The notes beneath the pieces were generated by a model. That model was not told the origin of the DNA, did no database searches, and saw nothing but the letters and a program-made list of their open reading frames with translations. Both the position numbers and the translations under genes were made by a program. DNA of 7,299 nucleotides from an uncultured Opitutales bacterium (GTDB taxonomy: Bacteria; Verrucomicrobiota; Verrucomicrobiia; Opitutales; UBA9783). Below, in pieces: positions 1-5,346 of the stretch. The stretch is from positions 1-7,299 of the forward strand of contig CAKUSQ010000007.1 of NCBI GenBank assembly GCA_934691225.1. Reading direction: 5' to 3'. Positions within the stretch are counted from its first letter, which is position 1, and every line of letters begins with the position of its first letter.

Positions 1-434
1 GTATCAAATTCTTCTATCAATTTTCCAACAGCTGATGCTTTCTGTTCTTTGGATCCAAATTCAGCATATTGATTCAATTTTGTCTTTAAATATTCTATCT
101 TTTGAGAAAAATTACGAAAAGCACTCATGTCGACCTTATAGACTGGCAAAACCATATGCCGACGTTGTTCTTTAAGCGCTTTCGTTTTTAAATCACTGAT
201 GTATTCAAAATCCAATGAAGCTACGATGCGAGACTTAGCAGGATAATTAAGTAAAAGTCGGCATCCTACATGTCGCTGTCCCCAAAAGGCCACCATCAAA
301 ATAATCGTAAAAAAACTACCGTAACCTAAAAAATTTTTCCAAGAGAACTTATACTGGCTACTATCGATTTTCAATCGCTTATGACGATTTTCTAAAATCT
401 GCTCTTTTTGTGATTTTTTTCGCCAAAAAAACAT
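1..434 (-). CDS. 5' part of a membrane protein, tentatively a PgpH/YqfF-like 7TM-receptor HD-domain phosphohydrolase; the rest lies beyond the left edge
   Basis: Absent from the supplied track because it has no stop inside the window. I translated by hand from ATG (revcomp of cat 432-434). The frame is open to position 3, with no tta/cta/tca triplets in that frame. Product: MFFWRKKSQKEQILENRHKRLKIDSSQYKFSWKNFLGYGSFFTIILMVAFWGQRHVGCRLLLNYPAKSRIVASLDFEYISDLKTKALKEQRRHMVLPVYKVDMSAF... It has a basic N-terminus and one TM helix (FLGYGSFFTIILMVAFW). The segment IVASLDFEYISDLKTKALKEQRRHMVLPVYKVD resembles, from memory, the extracytoplasmic N-domain of PgpH/YqfF proteins. It starts 3 nt after the HIT stop, so it is probably co-transcribed. 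That it is a real CDS is fairly safe. The family call is tentative because the HD domain is not in the window. Confidence 0.5.
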   Translation of the reverse strand, partial: MFFWRKKSQKEQILENRHKRLKIDSSQYKFSWKNFLGYGSFFTIILMVAFWGQRHVGCRLLLNYPAKSRIVASLDFEYISDLKTKALKEQRRHMVLPVYKVDMSAFRNFSQKIEYLKTKLNQYAEFGSKEQKASAVGKLIEEFD

Positions 435-437
435 AAA

Positions 438-914
438 TCAGATAAATTGAATTAAACGCTTCCACATGTCCTTCAATGCCATAGGAAGCACACGCGTCTC
501 ACCAATAACAGGCATAAAATTTGTATCACCATTCCAACGTGGAACTATATGAACATGTAAATGATTAGGAACACCAGCCCCCGCTGCTATGCCTAAATTT
601 ATTCCAATGTTTATCCCTTCAGGATTTAAAGCTTTTCTCAAAAGATCTTCCGAAAAGGTCACTAAATTAATCAAATCTAAACGTTCTGATTCTTCCAAAG
701 CATTCAAACTTTTTACAGCACGGTAAGGGATAGCCAAAAGATGCCCTGCATTATAAGGAAACGCATTTAAAACAAGATAACAATGTTTGGTTCTATAAAG
801 GATGTAATTTCCTTCATCATCATTTTGCTTTGGCATATCCTCAAACACAGTATCATTCTGCGTTTTTGGAACTTCTAAATACTCGTATCTCCAATACGCG
901 TGCAATCGCTCCAT
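438..914 (-). CDS. HIT-family protein, Ap4A-phosphorylase/nucleotidyl-transferase-like branch
   Basis: The histidine-triad motif H-L-H-V-H-I-V-P-R-W is encoded at 549..563 (revcomp CAT TTA CAT GTT CAT). It has typical family context: LNAFPYNAGHLLAIP, INIGINLGIAAGAGVPNHLHVHIVPRWNGDTNFMPV. The track ORF runs to 1025, but I place the start at Met38 (ATG at 914-912), giving MERLHAYWRYEYLE. That is the usual N-terminus of this branch. The 37-aa extension (MKKCILRIVCKWFLYILIQRNLKITVDNNKKRFKIIT) lies in the AT-rich divergent promoter region and looks non-coding. Confidence 0.85.
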   Translation of the reverse strand: MERLHAYWRYEYLEVPKTQNDTVFEDMPKQNDDEGNYILYRTKHCYLVLNAFPYNAGHLLAIPYRAVKSLNALEESERLDLINLVTFSEDLLRKALNPEGINIGINLGIAAGAGVPNHLHVHIVPRWNGDTNFMPVIGETRVLPMALKDMWKRLIQFI

Positions 915-933
915 AGTTATTATTTTAAATCTT

Positions 934-962
934 TTTTTATTATTGTCTACCGTTATTTTCAA
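934..962 (-). promoter_or_regulatory. candidate sigma70-type promoter for the HIT/PgpH-like operon
   Basis: Minus strand reads TTGAAA (962..957), a 17-nt spacer, then TAAAAA (939..934). This is 19 nt upstream of the ATG at 914. The -10 is weak and the background is AT-rich, so this could be chance. Confidence 0.25.
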
Positions 963-1034
963 ATTTCTTTGAATTAAAATGTACAAAAACCATTTACAAA
1001 CAATTCTTAAAATGCACTTTTTCAAGAAATTTAC

Positions 1035-1062
1035 TTGAAATCATTGCTTCACCGCATACAAT
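1035..1062 (+). promoter_or_regulatory. candidate sigma70-type promoter for the Zn-peptidase/Nudix/GT2/NTase operon
   Basis: TTGAAA at 1035..1040, a 16-nt spacer, then TACAAT at 1057..1062. The -10 ends 24 nt before the ATG at 1087, which implies a short leader with no Shine-Dalgarno. It lies in the 172-nt divergent intergenic region 915..1086. Confidence 0.4.
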
Positions 1063-1086
1063 AAAAGCAGCAATTAAAATATTACT

Positions 1087-1764
1087 ATGACATTATACGT
1101 AACATTGATTTTATTTCCTCTTATCCTAGGTATTTGGGCACAAATTAAAGTGCAAACCAAATACGACAAATGGTCTAAAGTGGACTCTAAAGGAAAAATT
1201 TCGGGCGCAGAAGCAGCCGCAGCTGTTATGGAACAGGCAGGAATTCACAATGTAACGATTGTAGCTATTGATGGGAAATTAACAGATCATTATGATCCCA
1301 TTCATCGGCGATTAGCTTTGAGTAAAAATAACTATTACGGAACTTCACTTGCCGCTCTAGGCGTCGCTGCCCACGAAGCAGGTCATGCGATTCAACATAA
1401 ACAAGCCTATGCTCCTTTGCAATGGCGTTCAGCTTTAATTCCGGCTACGAATATCGCTTGTCAACTATTACCTTGGGTTGTTTTTGGAGGATTTTTTCTA
1501 AATTTAGTGGGTCTCGTTAAATTAGCAGTTTGGATCTACCTTATTTTAGCCATATTTCAATTGGTAACGTTACCGGTTGAATTTGATGCAAGTGCACGAG
1601 CAAAGAAAATTTTAGTAAATTTATCCATCATTGATACGCAAGAATCCAAAGGTGTTTGTGAAACTTTAAACGCTGCTGCACTTACTTATGTGGCTGCATT
1701 CATCGCCTCCTTAGGTCAATTAATTTACTACATTATGCTTTCAAGGAATAACGATAATGACTGA
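1087..1764 (+). CDS. membrane zinc metallopeptidase, YugP / Zn_peptidase_2 family
   Basis: The HExxH motif (H-E-A-G-H) is encoded at 1372..1386 within GVAAHEAGHAIQH. It has the family-typical N-terminus (hydrophobic helix, then WAQIKV..Y.K) and LTDHYDP...L.LS. The C-terminal half is hydrophobic (LLPWVVFGGFFLNLVGLVKLAVWIYLILAIFQLVTLPVEFDAS). The size, 225 aa, is typical. Confidence 0.9.
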   Translation: MTLYVTLILFPLILGIWAQIKVQTKYDKWSKVDSKGKISGAEAAAAVMEQAGIHNVTIVAIDGKLTDHYDPIHRRLALSKNNYYGTSLAALGVAAHEAGHAIQHKQAYAPLQWRSALIPATNIACQLLPWVVFGGFFLNLVGLVKLAVWIYLILAIFQLVTLPVEFDASARAKKILVNLSIIDTQESKGVCETLNAAALTYVAAFIASLGQLIYYIMLSRNNDND

Positions 1765-2356
1765 TCCTAACCGCACTTGGGAATGGGACCAAAAGTTCCC
1801 AGCCATGTGGACTATCGACACAGACGAAACATTACAAGATTATCAATGGGCAAGCGTTTTCAGACGCAATGCACATCACCCCGATGGACGCTCGCACGAT
1901 TTTTTACTTTTAAATTGCAAAGATTGGGTTCAATGCGTTGCATTAACGCCTAAAAAAGAACTTGTCTTAGTCAGCCAATATAGAGCCGGAAGCAATGAAT
2001 TAACACTAGAACTCCCAGGCGGCAGTGTTGATGCAGGTGAAACGGCTGAACAAGCATTATATCGAGAATTACGCGAAGAAAGCGGTTACGCAGGTTGTTA
2101 CCCCATTCATCTATATACAAGCTATCCAAATCCGGCCATGCAAACAAATCGCGTTTATTTTTACTTATTAACGCAATGTGAAAAACTTTACGATACACAA
2201 TTTGATCCCGATGAAGATTTAGCAACATACCTGCTTCCAATTGATCAACTCGATAATGCTATTACAAATAACACATTCCAACATACTATTACCCTCACAG
2301 GTTTGCTATTATTTCAACGATGGCTCAAAAAACATCCAGAATTAAGCAATGAATGA
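1757..2356 (+). CDS. Nudix hydrolase, ADP-ribose / nucleoside-diphosphate-sugar pyrophosphatase-like
   Basis: A perfect Nudix box GX5EX7REUXEEXGU, G-SVDAG-E-TAEQALY-RE-L-R-EE-S-G-Y, is encoded at 2021..2089. The start ATG at 1757 overlaps the upstream stop by 8 nt (ATGACTGA). The overall length and the N-terminal extension before the Nudix fold resemble NudF/NudK-type enzymes. Substrate cannot be called from sequence alone. Confidence 0.88.
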   Translation: MTDPNRTWEWDQKFPAMWTIDTDETLQDYQWASVFRRNAHHPDGRSHDFLLLNCKDWVQCVALTPKKELVLVSQYRAGSNELTLELPGGSVDAGETAEQALYRELREESGYAGCYPIHLYTSYPNPAMQTNRVYFYLLTQCEKLYDTQFDPDEDLATYLLPIDQLDNAITNNTFQHTITLTGLLLFQRWLKKHPELSNE

Positions 2357-3125
2357 AGTAACCACAAAACTTCCCGTCTCTGTTGTTATTATTGCAAGCA
2401 ATGAGGCAAAAAATTTAAAACGTTGCCTAAACTCTGTTTATTCATGGGTATCAGAAATTATCGTTGTTATCAATGATTGCACGGATAACACACAACAAAT
2501 CGCAGAATCATTTCAGGCCTGTGTAATAGAACATCCCTGGGAAGGATATGCTGCTCAAAAAAATTTTGCATATACACTTGCCACTTACGATTGGATCTTA
2601 AATCTAGATGCGGATGAGGAAGTTTCTAATGCGTTAAAACAATCCATTGAACAATTTTTCCAACTTTCAAACTTCAATTCTTATACAACTGCTACATGCC
2701 GGAGAACTAATCGTTACTTTCAACATTGGTTAAAGCATACAGCTCGCGAAAGTCATCATTCAATTCTTCTTAAAAAACGCGCTGTACACTGGGAAGGACT
2801 TGTACATGAACGACTTTGCTTTCAAGGATTAACAAAACCTATTGCAGGTTCTGTGTTGCATTATACAGAAAAAACCGTTCAACAAACGCTGTCCAAACAA
2901 ATAAAATATGCTCAATTATCTGCCATTACTTTGCGCGAAAAACATACACCGTCTTGGCTCTTACTCAAGGCTATCATAAATCCATGGGTAAGTTTTTTTA
3001 AACATTACATTGTTCATCTAGGATTTTTGGACGGATTTGCTGGTTTTTATTATGCCACTATTAATGCTTACTATACATTTTTAAAGTACACATTTGCGTT
3101 GGAACAAAAAAATAAAAATGAATAA
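2349..3125 (+). CDS. family-2 glycosyltransferase, KdtX/WaaE-like (LPS-core-type GT-A fold)
   Basis: The N-terminal GT-A signature is VSVVIIASNEAKNLKRCLNSV...EIIVVINDCTDNT. The acidic motif is LNLDADEE. The C-terminal amphipathic tail GFLDGFAGFYYATINAYYTFLKYTF is typical of the KdtX/WaaE subgroup. The start overlaps the Nudix stop by 8 nt (ATGAATGA). Confidence 0.85.
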   Translation: MNEVTTKLPVSVVIIASNEAKNLKRCLNSVYSWVSEIIVVINDCTDNTQQIAESFQACVIEHPWEGYAAQKNFAYTLATYDWILNLDADEEVSNALKQSIEQFFQLSNFNSYTTATCRRTNRYFQHWLKHTARESHHSILLKKRAVHWEGLVHERLCFQGLTKPIAGSVLHYTEKTVQQTLSKQIKYAQLSAITLREKHTPSWLLLKAIINPWVSFFKHYIVHLGFLDGFAGFYYATINAYYTFLKYTFALEQKNKNE

Positions 3126-3990
3126 AACACTTGTATTACTAGCCGCTGGCAAAGGAAGCCGTTTTGGTGGATTAAAACAGTTACAAACGTTTCAACCGCA
3201 AAATGCCACTTTGGCAGAATTTGCTATTTGGGATGCTTTACAAGCAGGGTTTGATCATTTCGTGGCCATTGTCAGTGAAGAAACACACAGCGATTTTGAG
3301 CGTATATTTCAAAAATTAAACCTTCAAAACTGCTCTACCTGTATCTTACAAACATGTTGTGAAGCACCGATCTCCTCACGAACGAAACCTTGGGGCACAG
3401 GACACGCACTTTATTGCGCACGCCATGCTATACATACGCCATTTGTAATTGTTAACGGTGATGATTTTTATGGACAGTCAGCATATCGTTTAGCTGCCGA
3501 ATTTCTAGAACGTAATTCTAATGATTTTGCACTTATAGGTTACCCGCTTGGTAAAACATTATCCGAAAATGGCTATGTTTCTAGAGCCCTATGCACACTT
3601 GAAAATCATCAGGTGATCGCTTTGAATGAATGCCTTAATATTCAACGAATTAATGGTAAAATCGTTTCGACCCAGGACAAAAAACAAACTTTTCTGGATG
3701 ACAAAGCATTGGTTTCTATGAATTTTTGGATCTTACAACCTTCCATTTTGGAACACTTAGAAACTGCTTGGGGAAAATTTTTAGAACATTTGACCGATCC
3801 ATTAAAACAAGAATTTTACCTACCCGTTGCTATCCAAAATATAGCTCAAAAAAACAGTATTTCTATAAAACTGATAGAAAATGTTTCTGATCATTGGTTA
3901 GGCATCACTTATGCTAATGATGTGGATAAAGTTCAAAAAACACTACTAGAGCTAACTGAAACACATTATTACCCAAAAAGTTTTAAATAA
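3118..3990 (+). CDS. sugar-phosphate nucleotidyltransferase (NTP_transferase fold), specificity unknown
   Basis: The N-terminal pyrophosphorylase signature is LVLLAAGKGSRFGGLKQL. Other motifs are KPWGTGHAL, VNGDDFYG, SENGYVSR, VSMNFW, EFYLP and WLGITYAND. These match, from memory, a ~300-aa nucleotidyltransferase family of unassigned substrate. I prefer the ATG at 3118 (MNKTLVLLAAG) to the track start at 3094. It puts the G-x-G-x-R loop at the usual distance from the N-terminus and creates a third 8-nt overlap (ATGAATAA) with the GT2 stop. Confidence 0.8.
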   Translation: MNKTLVLLAAGKGSRFGGLKQLQTFQPQNATLAEFAIWDALQAGFDHFVAIVSEETHSDFERIFQKLNLQNCSTCILQTCCEAPISSRTKPWGTGHALYCARHAIHTPFVIVNGDDFYGQSAYRLAAEFLERNSNDFALIGYPLGKTLSENGYVSRALCTLENHQVIALNECLNIQRINGKIVSTQDKKQTFLDDKALVSMNFWILQPSILEHLETAWGKFLEHLTDPLKQEFYLPVAIQNIAQKNSISIKLIENVSDHWLGITYANDVDKVQKTLLELTETHYYPKSFK

Positions 3991-4533
3991 TTGCTAAATA
4001 TTACAAAAATTCATCCGAATTTATTTGGTAATATGACAAATTATTTACACTATTTAGCCTTTATAACTCTATTAAATATAATACCTTATTTAAATGCTTA
4101 CCCTATTTGGGATGAACAAAAACAATCGCTTAAAGATTCAACTTATACCGTTAATTACGACCATAATTCGGATCGTGAATTGTTAAAATTCTTGTTGCAT
4201 ACAGATAAAAAAACACAAAATTTTTACCACATTTTGCAAGATTTTTCCAAAAATATGGATGAAGGTTGGTTGCAAATAGTTCAACAAATTCAAACCCTCA
4301 CAGCCAACATTGAAATTAAAAATGCCCAAAAACTTTTACAACAAAAATTCTACTTACCAAACAGTATAAAAGAAATTATTCCTATCAATTTAACGACAAA
4401 TGATATCACATTCACATCTGCACTTCTCATCTATTTAGCAGGATTTTCTGAAAAAGTTAATGTAAATGATTCAAATTTTTACCAGGAATTTGACAATTAT
4501 GTAAACTCTTGTATTGACAATTCATATTTTTAA
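3991..4533 (+). CDS. orphan hypothetical protein with hydrophobic N-terminal segment (possible signal peptide or anchor), acidic
   Basis: This is a 180-codon open frame in DNA that I hand-counted at 131 G+C out of 480 nt (4021..4500). Stop codons should be frequent at that composition, so a chance ORF is unlikely. The start is ambiguous. TTG at 3991 directly abuts the upstream TAA. The first ATG is at 4033 (MTNYLHYLAFITLLNIIPYLNA/YPIWDEQ). I recognise no catalytic or family motif. By my count there are about 18 D/E against 12-13 K/R. Confidence 0.55.
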   Translation: MLNITKIHPNLFGNMTNYLHYLAFITLLNIIPYLNAYPIWDEQKQSLKDSTYTVNYDHNSDRELLKFLLHTDKKTQNFYHILQDFSKNMDEGWLQIVQQIQTLTANIEIKNAQKLLQQKFYLPNSIKEIIPINLTTNDITFTSALLIYLAGFSEKVNVNDSNFYQEFDNYVNSCIDNSYF

Positions 4534-5297
4534 TGCATTACACACAAATTATGAACAAAAAATTACTAAATTTAAGCATAATATTATCAAGTGCAGTTAT
4601 TGTAAAAGGAAATTTTTCAAACTTCAATATATGGGACTTGGGTTACGATCTCAGCGACATGAGAATACAAAACGGTATACAACCTTTTCCAATTATTTTT
4701 CACTATGGACAAGGTGGTCTTAACTCTGAAACTCCAGATCATCTTATTGCAAGGAATGATCACCCTGAACAAGCTCCAGATAACCTTCCTCAAGCTATTA
4801 GTGACTTATTAGCAAATATTAATGACGTTCAATACTTTGAAGCTTACTGCAAATTAAAAAGTCAAAATTGTAATTATTTCACTCATTCATGGTCTATGGA
4901 TAGAATGATCGAAAATCGTATGACACGCGTTTCTAGTGGTATGTACGAACCGCACAATCTACAACCAATAAATGGTATGATAGGTGTAAATAGTCTGGTT
5001 GAACAAGAAATGCATTTTCATGATAGCATCTACCTAAGTGGTAACGTAGCACAGTTTCAAGTTGTTGACATGAACAATATAGCAGATGCTTGGTTTGTAT
5101 CCATTTATAACCCAGATAGGAATCAAAACTCAAATAACGCTGACATCAATCAACAAAGTGTTAAAGCTATCGTTGTTCATTGGTATTTAATTCCTGACAA
5201 TGTTCAACCTCAAGGGTTTTTAAAAAATGTACTCGCAAACTGGGATAAAGGAGAGGTAAAAGGAAATTTAAATCCTCAATTCATACCTCAACAGTAA
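4533..5297 (+). CDS. orphan hypothetical protein, probable Sec-exported (periplasmic or envelope)
   Basis: This is a 254-codon ORF. The N-terminus MHYTQIMNKKLLNLSIILSSAVIVKG has a basic n-region plus a hydrophobic h-region. There is no lipobox Cys. The alternative start is ATG at 4551 (MNKKLL...). ATG at 4533 overlaps the upstream stop as TAATG. The only two cysteines form a C-x6-C pair (YCKLKSQNC), consistent with an extracytoplasmic disulfide loop. I recognise no family motif. The hairpin at 5318 follows it. Confidence 0.6.
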   Translation: MHYTQIMNKKLLNLSIILSSAVIVKGNFSNFNIWDLGYDLSDMRIQNGIQPFPIIFHYGQGGLNSETPDHLIARNDHPEQAPDNLPQAISDLLANINDVQYFEAYCKLKSQNCNYFTHSWSMDRMIENRMTRVSSGMYEPHNLQPINGMIGVNSLVEQEMHFHDSIYLSGNVAQFQVVDMNNIADAWFVSIYNPDRNQNSNNADINQQSVKAIVVHWYLIPDNVQPQGFLKNVLANWDKGEVKGNLNPQFIPQQ

Positions 5298-5317
5298 ATC
5301 AACTTTAATCACTATAA

Positions 5318-5346
5318 AACCCATAGAAAACTCTATGGGTTGTTTT
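5318..5346. terminator. shared bidirectional intrinsic terminator between convergent operons
   Basis: A perfect 10-bp stem pairs AACCCATAGA (5318..5327) with TCTATGGGTT (5332..5341), around the loop AAAC. It is followed by GTTTTAT on the plus strand and by TTTATAG on the minus strand. It sits 21 nt after the plus-strand stop (5295-5297) and 3 nt after the lpxI stop (5345-5347). The stem has only 4 G:C pairs and the U-tracts are short, so strength is moderate. Confidence 0.6.

Noticed and set aside
915-1025. N-terminal 37-aa extension of the HIT ORF given in the track (start at 1025)
   Set aside because: The extension is very AT-rich and K/I/L-rich, and it overlaps the divergent promoter region. 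It precedes a Met (914) that gives the canonical M..L.A.WR..Y N-terminus of this HIT branch. It most likely arises because the ORF caller takes the longest ORF.
915-1086. A possible small RNA, riboswitch or tRNA in the 172-nt divergent intergenic region
   Set aside because: The region is very AT-rich, with no stable stems, no cloverleaf and no conserved riboswitch core that I can recognise. Two divergent promoters explain it adequately.
1971-2240. 89-aa antisense ORF inside the Nudix gene
   Set aside because: It lies entirely within a well-supported gene on the opposite strand. It has no recognisable motif and a low-complexity composition. It is a typical shadow ORF.
2816-3001. 61-aa out-of-frame same-strand ORF inside the GT2 gene
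   Set aside because: It is fully nested in the conserved C-terminal part of the glycosyltransferase. It has no motif and no independent start context.
3094-3117. Upstream start (MRWNKKIK) for the nucleotidyltransferase
   Set aside because: The ATG at 3118 places the GxGxR loop at the normal distance from the N-terminus and reproduces the 8-nt overlap pattern of the two preceding junctions. The 3094 start would give a 32-nt overlap. It is not excluded, only less likely.
3988-4035. The nucleotidyltransferase and the first orphan are in the same reading frame, separated by a single TAA, which suggests stop-codon read-through or a split fusion gene
   Set aside because: Being in the same frame has a 1-in-3 chance. 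Only 14 codons are stop-free between the TAA and the first ATG. The nucleotidyltransferase already has a full-length C-terminus for its family (ending ..YYPKSFK). There is no read-through context or slippery sequence that I can recognise.
4490-4522. Direct repeat TTGACAATT (4490..4498 and 4514..4522), each containing a perfect -35 hexamer, as an internal promoter or operator for the second orphan gene
   Set aside because: No acceptable -10 lies 16-18 nt downstream of either copy; the best candidates are TATTGA and ATTACA. A 9-mer repeat at this spacing is near chance expectation in AT-rich DNA. The repeats simply encode F-D-N-Y and I-D-N-S at the C-terminus of the first orphan.
3991-4533. The first orphan as a type III secretion chaperone for the second (small, acidic, encoded immediately upstream)
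   Set aside because: Both proteins carry N-terminal hydrophobic segments that look like Sec signals or anchors. That is incompatible with a cytosolic chaperone/effector pair. No secretion-system genes are in the window.
4514-4723. 69-aa ORF overlapping the junction of the two orphan genes
   Set aside because: It is out of frame with and nested in the longer 254-codon ORF. It is K/R/Y-rich with no hydrophobic core. The longer ORF explains the open frame better.
4933-5133. 66-aa antisense ORF inside the second orphan gene
   Set aside because: It is a shadow ORF opposite a much longer ORF, with no features of its own.
3991-5297. The orphan proteins as N-glycosylation substrates of the upstream GT2
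   Set aside because: N-x-S/T sequons are not enriched. I found about 2 in the mature part of the first protein and 1 in the second. A KdtX/WaaE-type GT2 is not an oligosaccharyltransferase.
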